Below, in pieces: positions 36,763 to 45,676 of a stretch of 64,000 nucleotides of DNA. The position numbers and the translations under genes were made by a program. The DNA is from an uncultured Candidatus Saccharibacteria bacterium. Lineage in GTDB: Bacteria > Patescibacteriota > Minisyncoccia > UBA6257 > 1-14-0-10-40-38. The notes beneath the pieces were generated by a model. The model did no database searches, had not been told where the DNA came from, and saw only the letters and a program-made list of their open reading frames with translations. The stretch spans positions 104,577 through 168,576 of the forward strand of contig CAZIWN010000001.1 in assembly GCA_964543265.1 (NCBI GenBank), given 5' to 3'. Every line of letters starts with the position of its first letter. Within the stretch, counting starts at the first letter, position 1.

Positions 36763-36838
36763 CTTTTTCCCCTTAGTTTTTTGCCATTTGTGCTGTTTTC
36801 TAGTCTACAAGAATATTTTTAATTATCAAAACTTAAAT

Positions 36839-36884
36839 AAAAAAAAGAACCCGAGAACCGCTCTGGATGAGCTAGCTCTCGGGC
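36839..36884 (-). terminator. Minus-strand terminator CCCGAGA...TCTCGGG followed by TTCTTTTTTTT.
   Basis: Read from the sequence. Confidence 0.6.
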
Positions 36885-37089
36885 TGCAGAACAGTCCACA
36901 TTCACGATCCCGAAAAGAGTTACGACGATTTCCTCGAGGACTTACGTCTCAGGGTTCGATTGAGGGGAAGAAGCCAAGCTGAAGTTCGATCCAATTGCAC
37001 CATCTTTCGCCGGCGTTTGAATCTCTCCCTTATACGCTTTTCTAAAGATCGAGGTGAACTTTCCGCCCGTATATAATATCATATTTCTT

Positions 37090-37273
37090 TAAAAACAAAA
37101 AAATCCGAGAATCATGTACTTGCGCACAAGATTCTCGGATCCAGGAACCCTCTTTGCTAGGGACATCATTGGAAGGTTTGCAGTGCTATGGAATTAATCG
37201 TGCTCTGCGCAGGATCTTACCAAGGCTGTTGCATTCTTTCCGTTGGAAACCTAGCTCATACGGCTAACCTGGT
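37090..37273 (-). ncRNA. Candidate small RNA of about 180 nt. Promoter TTGACA-17-TATATT (37281-37309, minus strand), then an ORF-less body, then an 11-bp perfect hairpin terminator ATCCGAGAATC...GATTCTCGGAT with a T7 tract.
   Basis: No ORF longer than 26 aa and no SD site. Strong promoter and terminator. Identity unknown. Confidence 0.4.
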
Positions 37274-37334
37274 TAATTTAAATATAACAATATTACATCT
37301 TTATGTCAAATTTGTAACAAATTAACATTTATTT

Positions 37335-38399
37335 TTGTTGAACTATCTAATGAATAAAAAACTAAAAATCACTCTACTTTTTGGAGGAAAATCAGCCGAA
37401 CACGAAGTTTCTATGCTTTCGGCAAAAAATGTTTTTAATGCTCTTGATAAGAATAAATACGAAGTTTTTTTAATCGGAATTGATAAAACGGGTTATTGGA
37501 GTTTTTTTGAAGACTCCAAAATCTTATCCGAAAAAAGCATAGAAAAAATAAACAGAAATCATAATGGATTCTTAGATCCCAACTGCGGAAAAATTTTAGT
37601 TGATTCAGATGTAATTTTTCCAGTCCTCCACGGTGGCACAGGAGAAGATGGAACAATTCAAGGATTTTTCAAATTAATAAATAAACCATTCGTCGGCCCA
37701 GGAGTTTTAGGGTCTGCTTTGGGGATGGATAAAGATGTAGCTAAGCGCTTATTAAATCAAGCGGGGATTGCTACGGCTAAATTTATTACTCTTAGAGATT
37801 ATGAAAATATAGATTTTAAAAAAATAAAAAAACAGCTAGGGCTTCCGCTTTTTATAAAACCAGCCAACTCCGGTTCTTCGATCGGAGTTTCTAAAGTTAA
37901 AAAAGAATCAGAATTTACACTAGCCATTAAAGAGGCTTTTAAATACGATAGTAAAATATTAATCGAAGAATTTATAGACGGCAGACAAATTGAATGTTCT
38001 ATATTGGGAAATGATAATCCAATAGCTTCAATCCCAGGAGAAGTTATCACAACTCATGAATTTTATTCATACGAGGCAAAATATTTAGACAAAAACGGTG
38101 CAATTCTAGAAATTCCAGCTAAATTAAATAAAAAAATCTCTAAACAAATTCAAGAAATATCATTAAAAACTTTTAAAGTCTTAGAATGTTTTGGTTTAAG
38201 TCGTGTCGATCTTTTTTTAGATAAAAAGGGAAAGATTTATGTTAATGAAATAAACACTCTTCCAGGATTCACTTCAATCAGTATGTATCCCAAACTCTGG
38301 GAAGCTAGCGGAATAAGTTATTCAGATTTAATAGATAAACTCATCGAATTAGCAATAGAAAAATTTAAAAAAGACAGTAAATTAAAAACTTCTTATTAA
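37335..38399 (+). CDS. ddl: D-alanine--D-alanine ligase.
   Basis: N-terminal KI.LLFGGKSAEHEVS..SA and an ATP-grasp domain. Confidence 0.9.
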   Translation: MLNYLMNKKLKITLLFGGKSAEHEVSMLSAKNVFNALDKNKYEVFLIGIDKTGYWSFFEDSKILSEKSIEKINRNHNGFLDPNCGKILVDSDVIFPVLHGGTGEDGTIQGFFKLINKPFVGPGVLGSALGMDKDVAKRLLNQAGIATAKFITLRDYENIDFKKIKKQLGLPLFIKPANSGSSIGVSKVKKESEFTLAIKEAFKYDSKILIEEFIDGRQIECSILGNDNPIASIPGEVITTHEFYSYEAKYLDKNGAILEIPAKLNKKISKQIQEISLKTFKVLECFGLSRVDLFLDKKGKIYVNEINTLPGFTSISMYPKLWEASGISYSDLIDKLIELAIEKFKKDSKLKTSY

Positions 38400-38445
38400 A
38401 AATTAAACCGCCAGGACCCTTGTTGGGCGCTGGCGGCGTTTAGTT
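38400..38445. terminator. Bidirectional terminator CCGCCAG...CTGGCGG.
   Basis: A-tract upstream; T-tract on the minus strand. Confidence 0.65.
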
Positions 38446-38451
38446 CAATAC

Positions 38452-38802
38452 TTAGCCCGTAGGCTCAGTATACGTAGCATCAAGAATAAAACTCTTCTTT
38501 TGATCAAAGGTTCCACTGAATTTATCATCTCCGCGCTTAACAGCAATTCTAACAGGAACCCACACGTGTCCGAATGTTGCATCTGCCTTGCGATACATCG
38601 TACAGGTTACCGAAACCGGAAGCAGGCCCTGAGCTGGTCCACGATTTTTAAGACTTAAGGTAAATGTTCTGATGTCCAGAAACCGCGTAGCTTCGATATC
38701 CATAGCATTCCACACGGAGTCATTATCTCCGTCAACCGTGCTAATTGCGATTTGCGTCATCCTGATTGCCAAAAGCACGCCAGCAGCCAAGCTCATTTTC
38801 AT
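38452..38802 (-). CDS. Secreted 116-aa protein (signal peptide MKMSLAAGVLLAIRMTQIAIS), GC-rich codons.
   Basis: SD site GGAG lies 6 nt upstream of the ATG at 38802. Copy C of the consensus promoter lies upstream. Confidence 0.5.
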   Translation of the reverse strand: MKMSLAAGVLLAIRMTQIAISTVDGDNDSVWNAMDIEATRFLDIRTFTLSLKNRGPAQGLLPVSVTCTMYRKADATFGHVWVPVRIAVKRGDDKFSGTFDQKKSFILDATYTEPTG

Positions 38803-38940
38803 CGGACATCTCCTTGTCAAAAGGGGATTCACTCCAGGGGTCAACCCAGAAAGTGGCAGCCATCACGGCAGCACCTTAGAAGCAAGAATAAGTCTTCTTT
38901 CCAAAGTGCCACCGTGACAACCTCTCAATATGCTTATAAA

Positions 38941-38970
38941 ATTATAGCACAATATTACTATAAAAGTCAA
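38941..38970 (-). promoter_or_regulatory. Near-perfect sigma70 promoter TTGACT-18-TGcTATAAT, copy C of the repeated promoter module.
   Basis: Read on the minus strand: CTATTGACTTTTATAGTAATATTGTGCTATAAT. Confidence 0.7.
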
Positions 38971-39029
38971 TAGTCACAAAACCCATATAAATTAGTCAAA
39001 ATAGGTCATTTAGGTTATTATAAATTCCA

Positions 39030-40157
39030 ATGAAAGAGGAAAAAATCTACAAAACCTGGATTGAGCTCAATAGCAAAAATCTAAAAAACAATATCTCGAT
39101 ATTTAAAGGTTTATTAGATAAAAAAACCAAGCTTTTCGCTGTTGTTAAATCTAATGCCTATGGCCATGGATTAGAGGATTTTTCTAGAATTGCGGATAAA
39201 TTCAAAGTTGATGGTTTTTGCGTTGATTCAATAATTGAAGGAATTAAATTGAGAAATATCGGCATCACAAAACCAATTCTAGTTATAGGGCCTTCAATTC
39301 CAGGAAATTCATTATTAGATGCCAAGAAAAACGACATAACTATTTCCATTTCCAATTTAGAGGCTTTAAAAATTTATTCTACCTCAAAAGCCAAGCCAGA
39401 TTTTCATCTTAAAATAGATACGGGCATGCATCGCCAAGGATTGCAGATTTTTGAAATAAACGATGCTATTAATATTATTAAAAAGAAAAAACTTCCAATT
39501 AATGGCGTTTATACCCATTTTGCCTCAGCTAAAGATCCTAAAAATACCGAATTCACCAATAAACAATTTAATGAATTTAAAGAAGTTATTAAATTATTAG
39601 AAACTGCCGGCTTGAAAGATTTAGCCAAACACTGTTCCGCAACTGGTGGAACTTTATTAGATAAAAAATATCATCTAGATATGGTTCGTGTCGGCATCGG
39701 TCTTTATGGAATTTATCCAAGCGATGAGCTTAAAAAAGAATTTCAGGAAAAATATAAATTACTTCCAGTTTTATCCTGGAAAGCGCTTGTAAGCGAAATA
39801 AAAGAAGTTAAATCTGGCGAAGGAATAAGTTATGACTTAACCGAAAAATTAAATAAAAATTCAAAAATTGCCATCATTCCAATTGGTTATTGGCACGGCT
39901 ATCCTAGAAGCCTAACCAGTGTTGGAAAAATTTTAATAAATGGCATTGAGTGTAAGGTTTTGGGCAGAGTTTGTATGGATATGATTATAGTTGATGTTTC
40001 TAGTATGAAAGATGTGAATCTGGGAAATATTTCTATTTTAATTGGAAAATCTGAAACTGCAGAAATATCTTTGGAAAATATTTCTGAATTAGCAGGAGTT
40101 TCTACTTATGAGTTTGTTACCAGAATAAATCCATTAATTAAAAAAGTAGTAATTTAA
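39030..40157 (+). CDS. alr: Alanine racemase.
   Basis: PLP site AVVKSNAYGHG. Confidence 0.9.
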   Translation: MKEEKIYKTWIELNSKNLKNNISIFKGLLDKKTKLFAVVKSNAYGHGLEDFSRIADKFKVDGFCVDSIIEGIKLRNIGITKPILVIGPSIPGNSLLDAKKNDITISISNLEALKIYSTSKAKPDFHLKIDTGMHRQGLQIFEINDAINIIKKKKLPINGVYTHFASAKDPKNTEFTNKQFNEFKEVIKLLETAGLKDLAKHCSATGGTLLDKKYHLDMVRVGIGLYGIYPSDELKKEFQEKYKLLPVLSWKALVSEIKEVKSGEGISYDLTEKLNKNSKIAIIPIGYWHGYPRSLTSVGKILINGIECKVLGRVCMDMIIVDVSSMKDVNLGNISILIGKSETAEISLENISELAGVSTYEFVTRINPLIKKVVI

Positions 40158-40158
40158 A

Positions 40159-40950
40159 ATGGAAATTCATCAGAGCAATATTAAAAGAAAAAAAAGAAAG
40201 CTTAAATTTGAAATCTATTTTTTATTAGTGATTTTTTTATGTGGACCAATCTTGGCTCTTAAGGCGATAAAAGAAACTTCAATTTTTCAAATTAAAAATA
40301 TAGAAATATCTGGTATTGATAATTCAGAAAAATCTTTTTTCCTTGAGAATCTTAAAAAATACGCCTTTAGGCCAAGCATTTTAGCTCTATTGGGAGACAA
40401 TAATATTTTTTCTTGGAAAAGCGATATCCGGTCTTTGGAATTTCTTCAATTCAATAATGTCAGTATCGAAAAAGATGTCGCCGATATGTCTATAAAAATA
40501 AAAGCGGAAAAAGTTGGCAAATTTGGTATTTGGTGTTTTGCGGTTAATTCTATAAATGGTAATTGTTTCTGGATCTCTTCTAGTGATGGTGTTGTTTTAG
40601 AAGAAGCCCCTCAAACATCTGGCGGTCTTTATCCTGGAATTTTTGAAGATTCATCGCGCTCTGGTTTTTTGGGATTAAAGATCGTGGAAGATATAAAATT
40701 TTCTAATCTTAAAAAAATATTACAAGAACTAAATTCTTTTAGTGTAGTTGCTGAAAAAATTGAATATAAAAAAACCGGTGATATTTTAAGTATTCACAAT
40801 AAAACCGGTTCAAAATTAATTTTTAATTTAAATTTCGATCCATCTCTTAATTTAGAAGCTTTGGGTAAAATTATTAAAAAATCTTCATTAAAAGACATTG
40901 ATTATATAGATCTTTCTGTTGAGGGTAAAATTTACGTAAAACCCAAATAA
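40159..40950 (+). CDS. FtsQ-like cell division protein (TM anchor plus a POTRA-like domain).
   Basis: Motif IKNIEISGIDNSEKSFFLENL, plus its position after ddl-alr. Confidence 0.5.
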   Translation: MEIHQSNIKRKKRKLKFEIYFLLVIFLCGPILALKAIKETSIFQIKNIEISGIDNSEKSFFLENLKKYAFRPSILALLGDNNIFSWKSDIRSLEFLQFNNVSIEKDVADMSIKIKAEKVGKFGIWCFAVNSINGNCFWISSSDGVVLEEAPQTSGGLYPGIFEDSSRSGFLGLKIVEDIKFSNLKKILQELNSFSVVAEKIEYKKTGDILSIHNKTGSKLIFNLNFDPSLNLEALGKIIKKSSLKDIDYIDLSVEGKIYVKPK

Positions 40951-40962
40951 TTTTCAGCTTTT

Positions 40963-41352
40963 ATGTTTATAAAATTTCCTAAAGATACTCCAAGTATTTC
41001 TTGGACACGCCATATTAAAAATAAGATGGCTTTTTATGGCCTTTCTGAATCAAAAATAAAATCTATACTTGCTTATCCAAAACGCAAAGAAGAGGGTATT
41101 GCTCCTGATACTTTTGCTTCAATGAAGCGAAATGATAAAAAAGAAAAAAAGGAAGAGATTTGGATAATGTATCTAGATAAAAAAGAAAAAATGAAGGTAT
41201 CAAAGCTCAAAAAAAGATCAAAGATTTTAATGATCAGTGCTTGGCGTTATCCGGGAATTTCAAAGCCAGGCTCTCAAATACCAATTCCTGAAGATATTTT
41301 AAATGAAGTAAAAGGATTTTTTAAAATTCAGGAAAATTCTAGTCTTTTGTAA
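40963..41352 (+). CDS. Hypothetical protein.
   Basis: ORF only. Confidence 0.4.
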   Translation: MFIKFPKDTPSISWTRHIKNKMAFYGLSESKIKSILAYPKRKEEGIAPDTFASMKRNDKKEKKEEIWIMYLDKKEKMKVSKLKKRSKILMISAWRYPGISKPGSQIPIPEDILNEVKGFFKIQENSSLL

Positions 41353-41353
41353 A

Positions 41354-41382
41354 TTGACATTTAGATTCCTTATTGTTAAAAT
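41354..41382 (+). promoter_or_regulatory. Consensus promoter TTGACA-17-TAAAAT.
   Basis: Read from the sequence. Confidence 0.65.
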
Positions 41383-41389
41383 TGTAGGA

Positions 41390-41707
41390 CAAGCGAGTTT
41401 AGAGGTCGCAAGTCAGCCTTCTGACGCCAAAGTTCTCAAGCTCCTTCTTCGCACTTCGCAAGCGTCTTTAGGTCTAAAAAATGGACTCTCGACCTTCATC
41501 GGGAGTTGACCTTCCGTTTTCACTGGTCACAAATCCAGTGACCGCTGGCTAACCGATTACGACCAGGTTATCCGACACGGTGAGTAATCTCTGGGACAAT
41601 TAGATGTAACTAACCAGGGAGCGGTAAGAAATTGCGCCTCAAAAACTCGCGCGGTGCCCCAAGCTTCGAGCAGGGTGAAAGACAACCCTGCTCGAAGCTA
41701 CTTTTTT
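41390..41707 (+). ncRNA. Candidate ncRNA of about 320 nt (GC about 50%), bounded by the consensus promoter and a 15-bp perfect hairpin terminator AGCTTCGAGCAGGGT...ACCCTGCTCGAAGCT followed by T6.
   Basis: No ORF longer than 28 aa on either strand and no SD site. Identity unknown; I found no match to tmRNA, SRP RNA or RNase P RNA motifs. Confidence 0.45.
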
Positions 41708-41723
41708 AAAATAAATATAAAAC

Positions 41724-42719
41724 ATGAAATTATCCATAGGTATAGTTGGTCTCCCAAACGTTGGTAAATCGACTTTATTTAAAATAATCACAAAAAACGA
41801 AGTTAATATAGCTAATTATCCATTTTGCACAATTGATCCAAACGTAGGAGTCGTTTCTGTACCAGATGAAAGATTGGATAAATTAAGCGATATGTCTAAG
41901 TCTGCCAAAAAAGTACCAGCTATTATTGAATTTTATGATATTGCTGGTCTTGTTAAGGGCGCCTCTTCTGGTGAGGGATTGGGTAATCAGTTTTTATCTC
42001 ACATCAAAGAAACGGAGGTAATAGTCCAAGTATTAAGATGTTTTTCTTCTGAAGAAATAATTCACGTTGAAAACAGAGTTGATCCTTTAACTGATTTAGA
42101 AATTATAAATACCGAATTAATTTTAAAAGACTTAGACGTTGTCTCTAAAAGATTTGCCAAAATAGATTCAGAAATAAAATCAGGCAACAAACAGGCAGTT
42201 AAAAACAAAGAGGTTTTAGCTAAAATAAAAGAAAAGCTTGAAAAAGGGGAATTAATTAGCGATTTTAGAGATGAATTAATAGTTAAAGAACTCCAGCTTT
42301 TAACTGCTAAAAAGCAAATCTATTTTTTAAATGGTAAACCAGAAGATGTTAGTGAAAAATTGAAAGCCAAAATAGCTTCTTTAAATTGTGAGTATGTCGT
42401 TTCTGACTTATCTACCGCAGAAAATATTCCGGAACTGATTAAAAAAGCTTACAAAGTTCTAGATCTTATTAGTTTTTTCACTACTGGAGAAGACGAATCA
42501 CGCGCTTGGACTATTAAGCGTGGTTGGAAAGCGCCACAAGCTTCAGGGGTTATTCATACCGACTTTGAAAAGAAATTTATTCGCGCAGAGGTAATTGCTT
42601 CAGATAAATTATTAGAATGCGGTTCTTGGGTTAAAGCAAAAGAAAAAGGATTAATCAGGGTAGAGGGTAAAGAATACGAGGTGAAAGATGGTGATGTTTT
42701 AGTTGTCCGACACAGCTAA
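41724..42719 (+). CDS. ychF: Ribosome-binding ATPase YchF (Obg-family GTPase).
   Basis: Motifs GIVGLPNVGKSTLF and ANYPFCTIDPNVG, plus a C-terminal TGS domain. Confidence 0.9.
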   Translation: MKLSIGIVGLPNVGKSTLFKIITKNEVNIANYPFCTIDPNVGVVSVPDERLDKLSDMSKSAKKVPAIIEFYDIAGLVKGASSGEGLGNQFLSHIKETEVIVQVLRCFSSEEIIHVENRVDPLTDLEIINTELILKDLDVVSKRFAKIDSEIKSGNKQAVKNKEVLAKIKEKLEKGELISDFRDELIVKELQLLTAKKQIYFLNGKPEDVSEKLKAKIASLNCEYVVSDLSTAENIPELIKKAYKVLDLISFFTTGEDESRAWTIKRGWKAPQASGVIHTDFEKKFIRAEVIASDKLLECGSWVKAKEKGLIRVEGKEYEVKDGDVLVVRHS

Positions 42720-42768
42720 TTTTTAGGCTGTTAATTAATGACCACGCTAAAAATGATATAATTTTAGT

Positions 42769-44331
42769 ATGTCTTTTTTAGCATTCTCGCTTATTCCAGT
42801 TTTTATATTGGGAATTTTTGTTTATCTGACTTCATTAAAGAAACATAAAATATATAAAAATTTTTATTCAAATTTTGGATTTTCTTTATCTAATTTTAAA
42901 GTTGCTAAGCCAGAAGAGGAAAAATTTAAATTTGAAATATTTTCAGATTTTTTAATTGAGAAAAATATTAGATCAGTCTTTGAGGTTTACAAATCGAGGC
43001 TTTCAGACGACGTTCGATTTGAAATATGTGTTCCTAATTTTGTTTTTCCTATAGTTAAAGCAAAATTTTCAGAAATATGGCCAGAAATTAAATTAATTGA
43101 TTTTCCCGAATCGGGTCTTCATTTTGAAACCAATTCCAATATTGGTGGAGAATTTTCCTTCCCCAAAAACGAATCTTTTCAGGGGTTTTTGGGTTTTATT
43201 TTTTCATTTCTTAAAGAAATATCCTTTGGTTCCGGATATATTTTTCAAGCCATAGCCAATCCTCATCTAGAAGGCAACCTAGACGCCGATGTTAGAATTC
43301 TTATTTCTTCTAGTGATAAGCTGGAGAATGAGCATGTCTTTGATAATTTTATTAGTAGGTTTAAGGAAAATTTTAAAAATTCTGGGATAAAATTTATTAA
43401 ATCTAGAAATTCCGAAGATTTAAAATCAAAAATCATTTCTAGACAAAATTTATCGTCATCTTTTCTTTCTTCTAGAGATTTTTCAAATATCTTTAATTTT
43501 TCGTTGGGTGAAAAAGATAAGGTTTATAAAAAACTGAAAATTTCAGAAATATCTGGAAAATCAAGAAAAAAGGGAAATTCTTTAGCGATTAGTTCCAAAA
43601 AATCTTTAATACTCGGATCAGACGAGGAAAGTCTTTCTGATTTTATAGCCACGCTTGCTTTAAACGATATTCATCTAGGTAAAAATGTCATTTTCTTGGA
43701 AAAAAATCTATCAGTCATAGAAAAAATAGTTTCCAATTTTCCAAAAGAAAAAGCTAATGATTTAATACTTTTAGATCAAAAAGATGCTTTTAAGATTCTT
43801 AAATTAAAAAATCTTCAACTCGAAGGCAAGGATTATAAGGCTGCCGTTTTCTCTCCTCACAATTTTAATAAGGAAAAATTTCTTCCAAGAGAAACAAAAA
43901 TTTATGCCGGTATGATGAGCGGCTTTAATTCTAGGCTGATAGAAGAAATCTTGGCTAAGAATTTTTTTAATAATATAGAAATAGTTTTAGCATCTAACCA
44001 ATTATCTATTTTAGCCCCAAATATTAAAAATCTATTAAAATTAAAAATAGGCACAGCCGCTTTTCTTAAGTTAGATAAAGAAGAATTGCGAAAAATAGAA
44101 GATGAATTCCCAGAAATTATAAATTCAGATTCAATGCATAACTTAAATGACGATACGGCAATTCTAAATAATCTTGAAAGTGGAGGCTTCAATTCCGGAG
44201 ATTTGCGTTTAGTTAAATTTAATAAGATTATAAGTAATGTGTCTGAAATGAAGAAAATGGAGACATATGCCAATCTCGTTTATTGGTCTAATAAAAAATA
44301 TATAGATGAAATTATAAGTAAATTAGTTTAA
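42769..44331 (+). CDS. Hypothetical 520-aa protein.
   Basis: ORF only; N-terminal TM segment. Confidence 0.45.
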   Translation: MSFLAFSLIPVFILGIFVYLTSLKKHKIYKNFYSNFGFSLSNFKVAKPEEEKFKFEIFSDFLIEKNIRSVFEVYKSRLSDDVRFEICVPNFVFPIVKAKFSEIWPEIKLIDFPESGLHFETNSNIGGEFSFPKNESFQGFLGFIFSFLKEISFGSGYIFQAIANPHLEGNLDADVRILISSSDKLENEHVFDNFISRFKENFKNSGIKFIKSRNSEDLKSKIISRQNLSSSFLSSRDFSNIFNFSLGEKDKVYKKLKISEISGKSRKKGNSLAISSKKSLILGSDEESLSDFIATLALNDIHLGKNVIFLEKNLSVIEKIVSNFPKEKANDLILLDQKDAFKILKLKNLQLEGKDYKAAVFSPHNFNKEKFLPRETKIYAGMMSGFNSRLIEEILAKNFFNNIEIVLASNQLSILAPNIKNLLKLKIGTAAFLKLDKEELRKIEDEFPEIINSDSMHNLNDDTAILNNLESGGFNSGDLRLVKFNKIISNVSEMKKMETYANLVYWSNKKYIDEIISKLV

Positions 44332-44340
44332 TAAAATAAA

Positions 44341-45318
44341 ATGCCAAAAATATTTATTACAAGAAACATTCCAGAATCCGGAATTAAAATGCTCCGCGAT
44401 AAGGGTTATGAATTAGTTATTAATCCAAAAGACAGAGTTCTTTCCAAATCCGAATTAATCAAATCCATAAAAGGTAAGAATTACGATGCTGTTTTATGTC
44501 TTTTAACTGACAAAATAGATCAAGAAGTCTTCGATGCTTCTTCGTCATCTGTAAAAATCTTTGCTAATTACGCTGTTGGCACTGATAATATAGATCTTAA
44601 GTATGCTGCCACTAAAAATATTTTAATTTCTAATACTCCAGACGTTTTAACTAATTCAGTGGCCGAACATGCCTTTGCTTTAATACTTTCAATTTCAAAA
44701 AGAATTGTTGAGGCAGACGATTTTATGAGAACGGGAAAATACAAGGGTTGGGAGCCTAAATTATTATTAGGATCAGACGTTTACGGCAAAACTCTTGGTA
44801 TAGTTGGTTTGGGTCGTATTGGTGCCAGAGTCGCTCATTTTGCCATTAATGGGTTTGGTATGAGAGTTTTATATTATGATCCAAAACGAAATGAAAACTT
44901 TGAAAAAGATCAGCCAGGAGCAACCTACACTTCTAACTTGGATGATGTCTTAAAGGGTTGCGATTACATTAGTATCCATGTTCCACTTCTTCCAACCACC
45001 AAGCATTTAATTAATGAAGAAAAGTTAAAATTAATGAAGCCGACAGCTTATTTAATTAATACTTCTCGCGGACCAATAGTTGATGAAATAGCTCTTTCTA
45101 ATGCTTTAAAAAATAACACCATTAAAGGAGCCGCTTTAGACGTTTTTGAATTTGAACCTAAACTGTATTCCGGCCTCAAAAAACTTAAAAATATTATAGT
45201 AACCCCACATACAGCTTCTGCCACCATAGAAACCAGAGAAAGTATGTCAAAAATGTGCGCAGAAAATATTATCGCCGCTCTAGAGGGGAAAACTCCTCCA
45301 AATCTTGTGAAAATATAA
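44341..45318 (+). CDS. D-isomer-specific 2-hydroxyacid dehydrogenase (glyoxylate/hydroxypyruvate reductase-like).
   Basis: NAD-binding motif GIVGLGRIGARVA and catalytic-domain motifs. Confidence 0.85.
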   Translation: MPKIFITRNIPESGIKMLRDKGYELVINPKDRVLSKSELIKSIKGKNYDAVLCLLTDKIDQEVFDASSSSVKIFANYAVGTDNIDLKYAATKNILISNTPDVLTNSVAEHAFALILSISKRIVEADDFMRTGKYKGWEPKLLLGSDVYGKTLGIVGLGRIGARVAHFAINGFGMRVLYYDPKRNENFEKDQPGATYTSNLDDVLKGCDYISIHVPLLPTTKHLINEEKLKLMKPTAYLINTSRGPIVDEIALSNALKNNTIKGAALDVFEFEPKLYSGLKKLKNIIVTPHTASATIETRESMSKMCAENIIAALEGKTPPNLVKI

Positions 45319-45332
45319 ATTCTAAACTTTAA

Positions 45333-45366
45333 AAAGGCAAATCTTGTATAGATTTGCCTTTTTAAA
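45333..45366 (+). terminator. Terminator GGCAAATCT tgtata AGATTTGCC followed by TTTTT.
   Basis: Read from the sequence. Confidence 0.8.
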
Positions 45367-45379
45367 TACTATATGTTAT

Positions 45380-45638
45380 CCTTATAAGCGTCGGTAGGGC
45401 TGACTTTGTCTTAGCTCTGATAAGTGGGACACTTTGTGCCCACAACGAAATTCGGCGAATAGAGAGGCGTGGTCGCAAGATCACAATAGCTCCTCTCGTC
45501 AGAGTACGAGCAAATCAGCCCTACCGACACCATTTCAAAAACAAGGCACACGGTGCTGCTGGTACCCCCCCGTACCAGACACCGCTGAGTCACTGGTCCG
45601 ACGCTACCCGCAAGGGCGCGCTCGGACCTATTTTTTTA
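45380..45638 (+). ncRNA. Candidate structured ncRNA of about 260 nt. A 14-bp long-range helix (45390-45403 pairing with 45515-45528) encloses 111 nt. Then a GGTAC-C6-GTACC hairpin and a terminator GTCCGA...TCGGAC followed by T7.
   Basis: No credible ORF. Helices read directly from the sequence. Possible promoter TTGTAT-18-TACTAT (45344-45373). Confidence 0.4.
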
Positions 45639-45649
45639 CAATCTTAATT

Positions 45650-45676
45650 AAAACCCCGCCAATCGGCGGGGTTTTC
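45650..45676. terminator. Bidirectional terminator AAAACCCCGCC aatc GGCGGGGTTTT; it also terminates typA.
   Basis: Read from the sequence. Confidence 0.8.

Noticed and set aside
36584-36982. 132-aa plus-strand ORF after serS.
   Set aside because: It begins inside the serS terminator hairpin, crosses a minus-strand terminator and lacks an SD site. The opposite-strand 53-aa ORF with SD site AAGGGG is more credible.
41390-45650. tmRNA (ssrA) or SRP RNA identity for the ORF-less islets 9 and 10.
   Set aside because: There is no tRNA-like 3' end (GGUUCGA...CCA), no tag-peptide reading frame ending in ALAA, and no SRP domain-IV GGAA/AGCAGC motif. They are left as unknown ncRNA candidates.
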